Shown here: positions 1 through 10,641 of the stretch, one piece after another
Layout of the letters: each line of letters begins with the position of its first letter
Position numbering within the stretch: position 1 is the first letter of the stretch
Source: Tubiluchus corallicola
Lineage: Eukaryota > Animalia > Priapulida
DNA: 19,636 bases
Assembly: GCA_030141605.1 (NCBI GenBank)
Contig: JAQGDQ010001947.1
Location: forward strand, 1 to 19,636
Direction: 5' to 3'
Notes under the pieces: generated by a model
Told to the model about the DNA's origin: nothing
The model's input: the letters and a program-made list of their open reading frames with translations, nothing else
Database searches by the model: none
Program-made: the position numbers and the translations under genes

Positions 1-275
1 CGACAGGAAATAGGCCATTGGCCTCATTTTGCAGACAGGATAGGAAAGAAGTCATTCTTGTTCAGTACGTCGTGTCGTTTTATGACAAAATTTTATCAGT
101 CGAGTTCTCTTTAGCAAGTTAGTAAGATGCGGCAAAGATGTAAGTTTGATTTCTTCATATTTCATAATATTATTACACATTTTCATTATAGCAGTTAATT
201 ATCCTTTTAACATTGGATTAGCAGAAAATGTTTATATTCGCTTCAGATAAAACGAAGTCGAATTGCACATAATAT

Positions 276-339
276 GTCAGTCAGTCAGTCAGTCAGTCAG
301 TCAGTCAGTCAGTCAGTCAGTCAGTCAGTCAGTCAGTCA
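276..339. repeat. (GTCA)16 microsatellite
   Basis: Perfect GTCA tetramer run, seen directly. Confidence 0.97.
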
Positions 340-634
340 AATATGTCATGATGTGATACTGATTTTGGGATGAGACGATGATTGCCCATTTTGGACAATA
401 AAAAATCATAAATTACATCTAAAAGACTGTTGGACTTGTATTAAGCGCATGCGCGCACATATGCAGATAGTCAGTACATTATAATTCTTTAGAATTTGTA
501 CATTAGCCATAAAAAATCCATCCAGAAAAGAAAATTCTCCACTGTTGTGGACTATCTTTACGAGAAAGTCATAAGAAAGTCACAAATAATCACAGAATCG
601 TAGATGCAACTTTTCGGATGTCAAATACCTTATA

Positions 635-1012
635 CGGAAATCAGGCGATTGATTAGACTCAATATTTTTTTTTTATTTACGGTCTAAATTTACATTTTCT
701 TGCCTATAAAAGTTAGCAATTGTTTCTAATATTTTCTAGTAATTACCTTGGAAAGTAAATTAATGGCAACCGAACACACATTGCGTCAAAAAAATTGGAT
801 GTCACGAGAATAACCTCTATATCACGCTGATATCACAGACGATCACCGCTGTTCACGATCATTCTTACCACGGTACGGCACCTATTTGTCGGTCATGCAA
901 ATGTGACAGAAAAGCACCGTAGCCAGTGTTAGTGGATTCATTGATCCAAGCACAGATTTGAAAGTTTAACAAAATGTAACCGTCCGAGACAATTATTCTT
1001 AATCTATGCTTT
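635..1012 (+). repeat. Diverged dispersed repeat, copy 1 (paralog at ~6018-6458, fragment at ~5485-5535)
   Basis: Collinear shared blocks: TTAGACTCAAT, TCTTGCCTATAAAA.TTAGCAATTGTT, AACCGAACAC, GATGTCACGA, CTATTTGTCGG, CAAATGTGACA, TTTGAAAGTTTAACAAAAT, CCGAG.CAATTATT. Confidence 0.8.
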
Positions 1013-1627
1013 AAAAGCTGATTTAACCCTCTCATACCCGTTGTATCGCGTGGGATACGAGAATTTTTTCTGCCTTTAAAACTAATAAAATTTTAAAACT
1101 GACAATTATTTGATCTGTTAATAGTTATTTTGATTTAAGCCAATAACAATAGACTAAAAATGGTGATAAAATGGCAAACTAGAAAATCTACTTAGCATAA
1201 AAAAGTACGCAAGGTACAGTACTTTAGAGACGACTTTGTACAGATCAGCATAGCATACATACTAAATGTCTTAAATACTTTAAAAAATTATCAGCAGTTG
1301 CAAAATGAAGCACATTTTATGCTTCCATTGAATCTCAACGTATCCCGTGGGATACAGGCTATATTTAGCACGCGGGCACAGGTAGAAAAAATAATTATTA
1401 TGTGTAAACAAGATGGACATACTGAACAAAAGTACCAAGCCAAAAAATTACCCCTTTGCTCTCCATATTTCAGAGCATATTTTATTTTAACGAATGACAA
1501 TCGCTCAGTTTTCCTTCAACACGTGCAGCATATTCTGCAAGCTCAGCAACTGACAAGGTCTTTGTGTAAAGAGATAATGGCGCAAAACATATTTTCCTGT
1601 TTTTATTCTGGATTAAAATTCACTCAC

Positions 1628-1691
1628 CGTCGCCTTTTGTGTATAACTAAGATATTCGTTGCTGCCGAGATAAATCTTGAACACTTCCTTC
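1628..1691 (-). CDS. S1A serine protease internal exon: (G)KEVFKIYLGSNEYLSYTQKAT
   Basis: Minus-strand acceptor ttctcagttttag and donor gtgagt. The 64-bp exon starts in phase 2, matching the previous exon. IYLG corresponds to the conserved 'VxLG' strand after the catalytic His. Confidence 0.85.
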
Positions 1692-1894
1692 CTAAAACTG
1701 AGAATAAAACAAAATGATTTGAATTGAGATAAGAAATCTAAATCAGGTAAAAATGGTAAGCCATCAATGTTAAAAACACTGAAAATTTGTAAGTAAAACT
1801 AGCATTACGATAATAATTGGGCCCTAAGCAATTTGCTTAGGCTTATCGTAAACAATAATATGAAAATGTGTTTGAATTGAGGTTTAGAACTCCG

Positions 1895-2900
1895 TTAGCA
1901 GGTATCAAACTACTTTTAAATTGGTATCAAACACTTATCGACCTGATATCAAACCGATATCAAACTTGCATAAAACTGGTCTCAAGCTGGAATCAAACTG
2001 ATATGGACTGCTATCAAATTGTAATCAAACTGCTGTCAAACTGGTATCAAACTGTTGTCAAACTGGTATCAAATTGTTGTCAAGCTGGTATCAAACGGTT
2101 GTCAAACTGGTATCAAACTGTTGTCAAACTGGTATCAAATTGTTGTCAAGCTGGTATCAAACGGTTGTCAAACTGGTATCAAATTGTTGTCAAGCTGGTA
2201 TCAAACTGCTGTCGAACTGGTATCAAACTGCTGTCAAACTGGTATCAAACTGCTGTCGAACTGGTATCAAACTGCTGTCGAACTGGTATCAAACTGCTGT
2301 CGAACTGGTATCAAACTGCTGTCAAACTGGTATCAAACTGCTGTCAAACTGGTATCAAACTGCTGTCAAACTGGTATCAAACTGCTGTCGAACTGGTATC
2401 AAACTGTTATCGAACTGGTATCAAACTGCTGTCGAACTGGTATCAAACTGCTGTCAAACTGGTATCAAACTGCTGTCAAACTGGTATCAAACTGTTATCG
2501 AACTGGTATCAAACTGCTGTCGAACTGGTATCAAACTGCTGTCAAACTGGTATCAAACTGCTGTCAAACTGGTATCAAACTGGTATCAAACTGTTATCGA
2601 ACTGGTATCAAACTGTTATCGAACTGGTATCAAACTGCTGTCAAACTGGTATCAAACTGCTGTCAAACTGGTATCAAACGGTTGTCAAACTGGTATCAAA
2701 CGGTTGTCAAACTGGTATCAAAAAAACAGTTGTTAAACTGGTTTCAAAATGCAATCAAACTGGCATCAAATAAGGTAAAAATGATAGCAAGCTTTTAACA
2801 AACTGATATCAAACTTACATCAAAGTGACATCAAACTGATTGAGGAACTGGTATGAAACTAATATCAATCGATATCAATCGATATCAATCGGATATCAAA
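1895..2900. repeat. 22-bp minisatellite (AAACTGGTATC-AAACTGCTGTC, two related 11-mers) in a protease intron
   Basis: Homogeneous core at ~2026-2720 with degenerate flanks. It produces the repetitive ORFs in all three + frames. Confidence 0.95.
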
Positions 2901-3068
2901 CTTGTGTCAGCACCCCCCCCCCCTAATGGCTTCAATGAACCTTTTTTAAGAACCCACCGATAGAGTGGGGGATTTACGTGAAGAGTAATAGTTTATTCAT
3001 AACCATCAAAGTCACCACCCATCGGCCTACGCTCCAAATTCAGCATGATTTAACTAAGTAATTTTTAC

Positions 3069-3157
3069 CCATCTGTACAATGCGCAGCCGTCAACACCCA
3101 TCGTCTATGGATTAGTGATCCGCCACAAAAGTACATTCCTTTGATGTCAATTCCAAC
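3069..3157 (-). CDS. S1A (trypsin/chymotrypsin-like) serine protease exon with catalytic His: [29 protein letters not shown](G)
   Basis: Canonical CGGSLI...WVLTAAHC motif. Acceptor ctgatttcag and donor gtaaaa; 89 bp, phase 0 to phase 2. Confidence 0.95.
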
Positions 3158-4244
3158 CTGAAATCAGAACATTTGTTATTTTCAGCTTTACCAATAACTT
3201 CTTTTGTATTTTCCCTCCTTTTTTGTTCAGTCATTCGATTCCCCATTTTTTGGCTATTTCATACATGTTGTTGGGGATAATGATACTGTAATGTGCTGCC
3301 ACCTTTTAGGCCTTTAGGCCTTGAATGAATTACTTGCTGTAAATTTGAACTGTAAATTTGAATACTAATACTCAGGTGATTCATCTTTCTTTATACAGAA
3401 GACAATAGGACAGTAAAGTGTCACACTGTCTAGATTCTGCTTAATTTAGCCTGATTTGATCTTGTGAAAGTAAATGTGACTTGTGACTTGCAGTTTGTTG
3501 ATGCTTTTAAGATTTAAATGCCAGAGCTGGCCAATATACGTAAGTTCAAAGTTTAATTTCTATTTGATGCAACATTTCTACTTTGCAACACTACATTAAC
3601 AATTTTGTTGTAATCTGTAATGTTTTTGTAATTCATTTTGTAATGATGTAATGATTTAATGATGTGTAATGATTTTCACACCTAAATTTAATAAGGATAT
3701 TCACACCTATTTTGATTTATTTTTTTCCCCAGAATAAATAACCGTTAGCAAGCCAATGCGGAATTAGAAGTTTTTGTTTTGGGACATTCCGTCAGCTACA
3801 TATGTGTTTATTCTTTTCCAACTCATTTGCTTGCTCCTTTGTTTTAATGGATTTGTTTGCTCGTTGTTTGCCTTAAACAAACAACGTTGCTTGTTGCTTT
3901 CAAGTGAAATGAAACAGTTTCTTTGAAACAGTTAAATGAAACACTAAATTCATCAAAACGGAAGCAACAAACTGCACAATCTGTCTTGTTTTGATAACAA
4001 TATTTTTCTGAACCTTTCCATGATAACAACAATACAAAGAAGGAAAGAATATTACCACATGCATTCATAAAATATACAGTGGGACTTCCATATGTTCCAC
4101 AAAGGTGAACGCAATCGACCTTTATCATTTCTTCTTCAAAGGTTCTTAGATAACATTTTAGCACAAAGGCAGACAACATTTATTTACTTTTTAATTCAAT
4201 AGATAAAATTACCGACAATTAACGACAATTTAGTTATTTACTTC

Positions 4245-4990
4245 TTGGCGAGTTACTTTCGATGTTTCTCGTCGTGAGAAGAGAAGAGACTGCAAGTAAC
4301 TCTCAGCAAGTTTACCTCTCTAGTCTGAAGGTACCTGCGAGTTACTCCAGCCATTTCTCGCAGTGAATAGGAAAAGACTGTCAGCTCGCACTTACTGTCA
4401 GAGAGTAACTCTCAGCAAGTTTACCTCTCTAGTCTGAAGACACTTGCGAGTTACTCTCGACATTTCTCGCAGTGAATAGGAAAAGACTGTCAGCTCGCAC
4501 TTACTGTCAGAGAGTAACTCTCAGCAAGTTTAGCTCTCTAGTCTGAAGATACCTGCGAGTTATTCTCGACATTTCTCGCAGTGAATAAGGAAAAGACTGT
4601 CAGCTCGCACTTACTGTCAGAGAGTAACTCTCAGCAAGTTTAGTTCTCTAGTCTGAAGGTACTTGCGAGTTACTCTCGACATTTCTCGCAGTGAATAGGA
4701 AAAGACTGTCAGCTCGCACTTACTGTCAGAGAGTAACTCTCAGCAAGTTTACCTCTCTAGTCTGAAGGTACTTGCGAGTTACTCTCGACATTTCCCGCAG
4801 TGAATAGGGTAAAGACTGTCAGCTCGCGCTTACTGTCAGAGAGTAACTCTCAGCAAGTTTAGCTCTCTAGTCTGAAGGCACTTGCGAGTTACTCTCGACA
4901 TTTACCGCAGTGAATACGGAAAAGACTGTCACCTCGCACATACTACCACAGAGTAACTCTCAACAAGTTTTTTGTCTAGTCTGAACACGC
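4245..4990. repeat. Tandem array of ~109-110-bp units (~7 copies), each with a long internal inverted repeat
   Basis: GAGAGTAACTCTCAGCAAG recurs at 4401, 4510, 4620, 4729 and 4839, with degenerate copies at ~4294 and ~4949. Confidence 0.95.
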
Positions 4991-5229
4991 TTGACAGATA
5001 CTAGACGAGTTTACTTAGCGAGGAAAATGCGTATCTTTAAGCAGAGGTATAATCTATCCTATGGTGGTCAGCATAACCACAAATTATGCTGTTGCTGTTT
5101 ACTAATGAAACACGGCGGTTTATCAAAAGTAATTAACGAATTATGGTGGGGGTGACTTTTTACCCCTCGCCCCCGTGACCCAATAAGGGTTAAACTCCTA
5201 TATCGTTTATCAATAATAAAAACTGATAC

Positions 5230-5306
5230 CTGGTACGGAAGTTCTCTGAATCTTGCTTTCCTTCCACCTATCATTCGCTGCTCAGCATTAATACTTGGTT
5301 CTGAAT
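5230..5306 (-). CDS. S1A serine protease exon with propeptide and activation site: SEPSINAEQR|MIGGRKARFRELPYQ
   Basis: Acceptor tctttcttttctcag and donor CAG|gtatca; 77 bp. R-[IVM]IGG...PYQ|V is the typical mature N-terminus, and the exon joins the 3069-3157 exon in phase 0. Confidence 0.9.
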
Positions 5307-5687
5307 CTGAGAAAAGAAAGACATCATCTCATGTTTTAGCTATGCAAACCTTTATAGTATTTCTAAAGAAAATCTCTGAATAAAGAGAATCTATTTTAAA
5401 TTGATGATTCAAGATTAAATTATTGTCTCAGTCAGAAACCGAGTTAGAAGTGGCACATCATACTATAATCAGCTGACCCACTAAACGGAAAACCGGACGA
5501 TTGTTTAGACTGAATCTCATTTTAATTTTCTGTCCTTTTACGATCAGCGAACAAAGAAATTCATAGAATTGAATCTTGTCTGATTAGCTTTGCGTTTTAT
5601 ACAGTTTTTCTAAAGAGAACAGAACCTGGTGAGCATCGTTTTCAGTAAGTACATTAAAAATAATTATTTCATAAGAAATAAACTTAC

Positions 5688-5733
5688 TTTGTAGCACATT
5701 TAATATGACGTAACATTTAACGAAGTTAGGCAT
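5688..5733 (-). CDS. Possible first coding exon of the serine protease (MPNFVKCYVILNVLQ)
   Basis: ATG at 5733 and a consensus donor gtaagt; phase 1 matches the next exon. The peptide is only weakly signal-like, so the start is uncertain. Confidence 0.45.
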
Positions 5734-6017
5734 AACAGCAGGCAGTTTGGATACCTGATTGTCCTATTGGTGTTATGAACCGCAACACGATATGAACTCA
5801 GCCTCCTCGTGAAATCCGACACAATTGAAAATAGCTGACTAACTGACCCGCTGATGTACCAATTTGTTACAATACTAATTAATGTCAATTTTTATTTTAG
5901 GCACTTCAAAACATTTATAGTTAAAAACTACACAAATTTATTAAAACTTTTACATTAAAAAGTGAAAATCATGCCAAACGTCTAGTAGAATTGGCAAAAA
6001 ATTCTGCTCAATCAATT

Positions 6018-6458
6018 AAAGGAAGACAAGACGATTATTTAGACTCAATCTCATTTTAATTTACTGTCCAAAATATACACTCTCTTGCCTATAAAACTTA
6101 GCAATTGTTCCTTATATTTGAATAATTACTTTAGAAAGTTAATTAACGGTAACCGAACACAGCTATTGCTAACGTCAGAAGCTAGCTAAATCTTCCCTTG
6201 CGCGTCAAACTCGTTAAGTAAGTGTTACTGCTTAAACGCATGATGTCACGAAAAATAGACTTTCCATCATATGACGTCAGAAACTAACACTGCTGTTTAT
6301 GATTTTGGTTATCAGGATGCCGCCTTCTATTTGTCGGCCACTCAAATGTGACAAAAAAGCGCCGCTGCCAATCTTAGTAGATTCACTGAACCGCGCGTAG
6401 CTTTGAAAGTTTAACAAAATTTGAGTATCCGAGGCAATTATTATTTAATCTAAGTTTT
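6018..6458 (+). repeat. Diverged dispersed repeat, copy 2 (see 635-1012)
   Basis: Same collinear blocks as 635-1012, with extra sequence in the middle. Confidence 0.8.
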
Positions 6459-7237
6459 GATTTAAAATAAGCTGTTCTGGTTTTCAATATTTTAGAGCAT
6501 TCTTTATTCTGAACTCGAGTTTACACAATTGTCAGGTTTTCTTTCAGCAGGAATCGTTACGATTACAGATTTGATTACGTAACTCCTATGCGCAAGTCAC
6601 GTGTTGCCTGTTAATAACTGATTCGAAGTATCTCCTGCTTTGTTAGTTTAATTTGTTTACTGTACTTAAAGAAATTGTGATTGACACGAATATTTTCGTT
6701 TTACTACTTGCTTTCTTCCCTACCCAAAATTGTGACTTTCTTTCTAGTTGCCATAAATGTATTGTGACTTTATTACAGAAAAAAATTGGTCACCCATTGG
6801 CCAGTTACTGTGACCACCAGTCAATAAGTAAAAGAATTCCAATTTAATGTTAAAAAATCTTTTCTGTCGTTCCGATAATAAAGATTTATCTTAAGTCTGA
6901 GGTAAGACAAGAAACCGCTTCTTAAATTTTTACCACAGAACAATATTTTACCAACCTGCAGGTCGTGGGGTCACGTACGTCACGTTGGGGCATTTCGAGC
7001 TTGAACAGGCTTTGAACCACGTGACATACAGTATAAAACATACAGTAAAAATCTTCATGACTTGATCATTCTCATCTGAAACATAAACGCGGTAGACAAG
7101 TAAAGCTTGTATATAAATAGTATGCTATTATGCTATATATATATATATAATGCTATATATAATTATATTGCATTATATATTATATATATTATTATATTTG
7201 TATTATATATTATATAATATATAATACAAATAATTTA

Positions 7238-7357
7238 TACTACGGTCAAATCACGTTGAAAACATCGGTTCTCGTCTGATCACCGAAGTTAAGCAACGTA
7301 GAGCCTGGTTAGTACTTGGATGGGTGACCGCCTAGGAATACCAGGTGCTGTAGGTTT
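7238..7357 (+). rRNA. 5S rRNA: 5S rRNA-derived sequence (full-length, 120 nt), probably a SINE head rather than a canonical 5S gene
   Basis: CTACGGTCAAATCACGTTGAAAACATCGGTTCTCGTCTGATCACCGAAGTTAAGC...AGTACTTGGATGGGTGACCGCCTAGGAATACCAGGTGCTGTAGGTTT matches animal 5S rRNA, including the box A and box C regions. It carries a few substitutions and is followed by only TTT. Confidence 0.9.
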
Positions 7358-7735
7358 GCGGGATGCCCACACTGTATCTCGACACTAGGCGGAGGAGCTG
7401 CACAAGCAGCCAACGGCTAGAGGACGGAGGAGGTCAAGTGACCCAACGGCCATGTGTAGAGGAGTAAACCTTCCAAAACAGGAGTGGAGCCCCGAAGGCG
7501 GACCAGTGCAGCATGCTCACTGACTCCGGCAGCTCCTGCAGCCAACCTGGTGCTAAACGTATCGCTCCGCTTTCCTTTGGACTACACCGGGGAGGAAGAG
7601 AGGGGGTTCCTGCGGTCTGGGCAACTCAGGATCTCCATACACCTTGCCCAGGCATGCGCCCTGGAGACGTTCAAGGATCGGACTCTCTAGGCGCACATTC
7701 CATTGTCTTCCGGGACAGAAGGATGCCAACAACAA
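7238..7735 (+). mobile_element. Candidate 5S rRNA-derived SINE (SINE3-type) with RTE-like body and 3' tail ending GGATGCC(AAC)2AA
   Basis: A GC-rich island sharply bounded by AT-rich DNA. The 5S head is fused directly to a structured body. The 3' part reads S-R-I-G-L (TCA AGG ATC GGA CTC), followed by CATTGTCTTCCGGGACAGAAGGATGCC and an AAC tail; I recognise both as resembling RTE-clade LINE 3' ends. No clean TSD. Confidence 0.72.
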
Positions 7736-7883
7736 TGTATATAATTTGTATTTGCAATTAAAATACATTGATAATCACTTATATAAAAATTTTACAGAGA
7801 TGGTCAATCAGTGTTAGTTAATTAAGAACTTACCCTGATACACTGCTAAAGTCAAATAGGTAAGTGGATTCTATACTGCTGAG

Positions 7884-9051
7884 CAGTAACTCTAGGGGGA
7901 AACTTCAGTAACTCTAGAGGAAACTTCAGCTGTGGGGAAGTTCATTTCTAAACAGAAATGAAAAGTGAAAGAGCCAAGATGGAGAAACTCTGGGGGGAGA
8001 CTTCAGTAACTCTAGAGGAAACTTCAGCTGTGGGGAAGTTCATTTCTAAACAGAAATGAAAAGTGAGAGCCAAGATGGAGAAACTCTAGGGGGAGACTTC
8101 AGTAACTCTAGAGGAAACTTCAGCTGTGGGGAAGTTCATTTGTAAACAGAAATGAAAAGTGAGAGAGCCAAGATGGAGAAACTCTAGGGGGAGACTTCAG
8201 TAACTCTAGAGGAAACTTCAGCTGTGGGGAAGTTCATTTGTAAACAGAAATGAAAAGTGAGAGAGCCAAGATGGAGAAACTCTAGGGGGAGACTTCAGTA
8301 ACTCTAGAGGAAACTTCAGCTGTGGGGAAGTTCATTTCTAAACAGAAATGAAAAGTGAAACAGCCAAGATGGAGAAACTCTAGGGGGAGACTTCAGTAAC
8401 TCTAGAGGAAACTTCAGCTGTGGGGAAGTTCATTTATAAACAGAAATGAAAAGTGAAAGAGCCAAGATGGAGAAACTCTGGGGGGAGACTTCAGTAACTC
8501 TAGAGGAAACTTCAGCTGTGGGGAAGTTCATTTATAAACAGAAATGAAAAGTGAGAGAGCCAAGATGGAGAAACTCTAGGGGGAGACTTCAGTAACTCTA
8601 GAGGAAACTTCAGCTGTGGAAAAGTTCATTTATAAACAGAAATGAAAAGTGAAAGAGCCAAGATGGAGAAACTCTGGGGGGAGACTTCAGTAACTCTAGA
8701 GGAAACTTCAGCTGTGGGGAAGTTCATTTCTAAACAGAAATGAAAAGTGAGAGCCAAGATGGAGAAACTCTAGGGGGAGACTTCAGTAACTCTAGAGGAA
8801 ACTTCAGCTGTGGGGAAGTTCATTTGTAAACAGAAATGAAAAGTGAGAGAGCCAAGATGGAGAAACTCTAGGGGGAGACTTCAGTAACTCTAGAGGAAAC
8901 TTCAGCTGTGGGGAAGTTCATTTATAAACAGAAATGAAAAGTGAGAGAGCCAAGATGGAGAAACTCTAGGGGGAGACTTCAGTAACTCTAGAGGAAACTT
9001 CAGCTGTGGGGAAGTTCATTTCTAAACAGAAATGAAAAGTGAAACAGCCAA
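7884..9051. repeat. Tandem array of 98-bp units (12 copies; two 96-bp variants)
   Basis: AGTAACTCTAGAGG at 7907, 8005, 8101, 8199, 8297, 8395, 8493, 8591, 8689, 8785, 8883 and 8981. Confidence 0.97.
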
Positions 9052-10440
9052 CTAAGAAGCCAACTATCCTGGCAATATCTCCTGTGCCTACTTTTCCAAT
9101 AACGACCACATCATAAGCAATTATGCCATATCAAACTTGCTGAGAAATGCAATAGGCTTACATTGAGTAGCTTTCAAACATACTCCATCACAATTTCCAT
9201 ATTATTCCACAAATATTTGTAATTACTGTAAACGTTCTTTTTTGAAATTCCCTAAATAAATGCCTGTAATATAACTACTGCTAAAACTCCAGGGTTATTT
9301 CTATCAAAGCCCATAATGTTTTTATTATTTTGTGATTTTGTTTCATAATTTTTGAGTCAATTGTTATTTCCTTAAGTACGTAAAGTTTAGCACTAATGTA
9401 CTTACGTCATTGTCCTGCTTGATATGCTTCATGTTATTTTTTCTGAACATGAATTTAAATTGCTAATTTATAACCCTGGCTTACCAGTAAAGCTACAAAC
9501 GCGCTTCGTTTATGCTACAAATACCCAGAATGATAATAAGAAACAAATAAATAACAATAATAAATATAATGATAAATTATTGCCTACCTGTTTTCGCAAA
9601 CAACGATCACAATTTTTTCTTCAGCTACATTTTAAAAATTCTTCAGCTTCAGTTCAAACATTTTCATTTCACACGGATGGAACTTTTTTTGGAACAATCT
9701 TCTACGCAACAATAGACCTTAAGGTTCCAGATTCGAACACGTAAACGTGAGTTACTATGAAAGCGAGTTAAACAACAGATTTTGCCATTATTGCGTAACA
9801 GAAAAGCTCCGAGATGGATAGAATTTTTCTAGCCATACAGACGTTAAATTTCTAATTTGTCTATACGTAATATTGAGACTTTATACACAATGTAGATCTT
9901 TGCAAGGGAAACTGTCATTAATTAAATACATTAAAGAGGATGCTTATTTAATGAGGATGAGGGGACTCGCTGTTATTTATTTAGTATTTTAAAACAAACC
10001 TGCCCAAAAAGAAGAACAGTAAATTTAGGACTATGTCTAGGTTCGAAACAGCATCCTCTGCGTGGCATATACCACAAAGGTCACTAGACCACATATGTAC
10101 TTAATGTTAATGTTTTAATTAATATTGGACTGAATTCGACCCCGGGAGTCGAACTCCAAGATGGCATGGCGCATCATGAAGTTCTATTTTATATATCGTT
10201 GTGTAACCGATTACTTAATTACAAATGTTAATGTTAATTACAAATGTTATGTTAATTAACTAAGTTAATGTCTGTAAACTAGTACCTTATACCTGTTATA
10301 GCATGTCATTTAAGTCTCATAAAACAAAATACACAAAAACTGCACTGTACGGAGTTTATTAACAGCACTAATAAAAATAGGGAACAAAATACATGTGCAC
10401 AAAAAATAACTAACTAACTCAGTAACAGCACTACACTCGA

Positions 10441-10641
10441 GGAGCACCTGTGTCAGAAATCCAGGCTGTAGTGACCTCTACACGCTTTTATACTGGCATT
10501 CCAGGTCAGCTGGCTTCTCACACCACGTGTAGGCCCAAACAAGACGTCTGCACCTACAAGAAATGGGTGAGTCGCTGCTGACGTGGAAGCAGGGCGTGTA
10601 GAGGGCCCTACACCTGACCCGACACAGGTGCCTCCGTAACA
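10441..10641. mobile_element. GC-rich fold-back element, possibly part of a minus-strand solo LTR or a MITE
   Basis: Nested inverted arms: CACCTGTGTC/GACACAGGTG, CCTCTACACGC/GCGTGTAGAGG, TTCCA.GTCAGC/GCTGAC.TGGAA and TGTAGG/CCTACA. It ends in GTAACA. Confidence 0.55.

Noticed and set aside
1023-1060. TTAA|CCCT piggyBac-like terminus with GTATC.CGTGGGATAC motif (repeated at ~1340)
   Set aside because: There is no matching opposite end before the next exon; at most a remnant.
1868-2798. Three long overlapping ORFs (301, 247 and 220 aa)
   Set aside because: They are translations of a stop-free 22-bp minisatellite inside the intron of an opposite-strand gene.
4434-4485. Hammerhead-ribozyme-like CTGAAGA + stem + GAA in the 109-bp unit
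   Set aside because: The stem is followed by GAAT rather than GAAA, most units have CTGAAGG, and I could not build stems I and III.
7358-7470. HDV-like ribozyme, as known from some RTE 5' UTRs
   Set aside because: I could not find the nested double-pseudoknot or a convincing P3/L3 motif by eye; a descriptor search would be needed.
7484-7768. Short ORFs in the GC-rich island
   Set aside because: They lie in the SINE-like body and encode no recognisable protein.
10036-10092. Minus-strand tRNA-like A box (TGGTCTAGTG) and B box (GTTTCGAACC)
   Set aside because: There is no cloverleaf and the boxes are degenerate; it may be a decayed tRNA-SINE head but cannot be supported.
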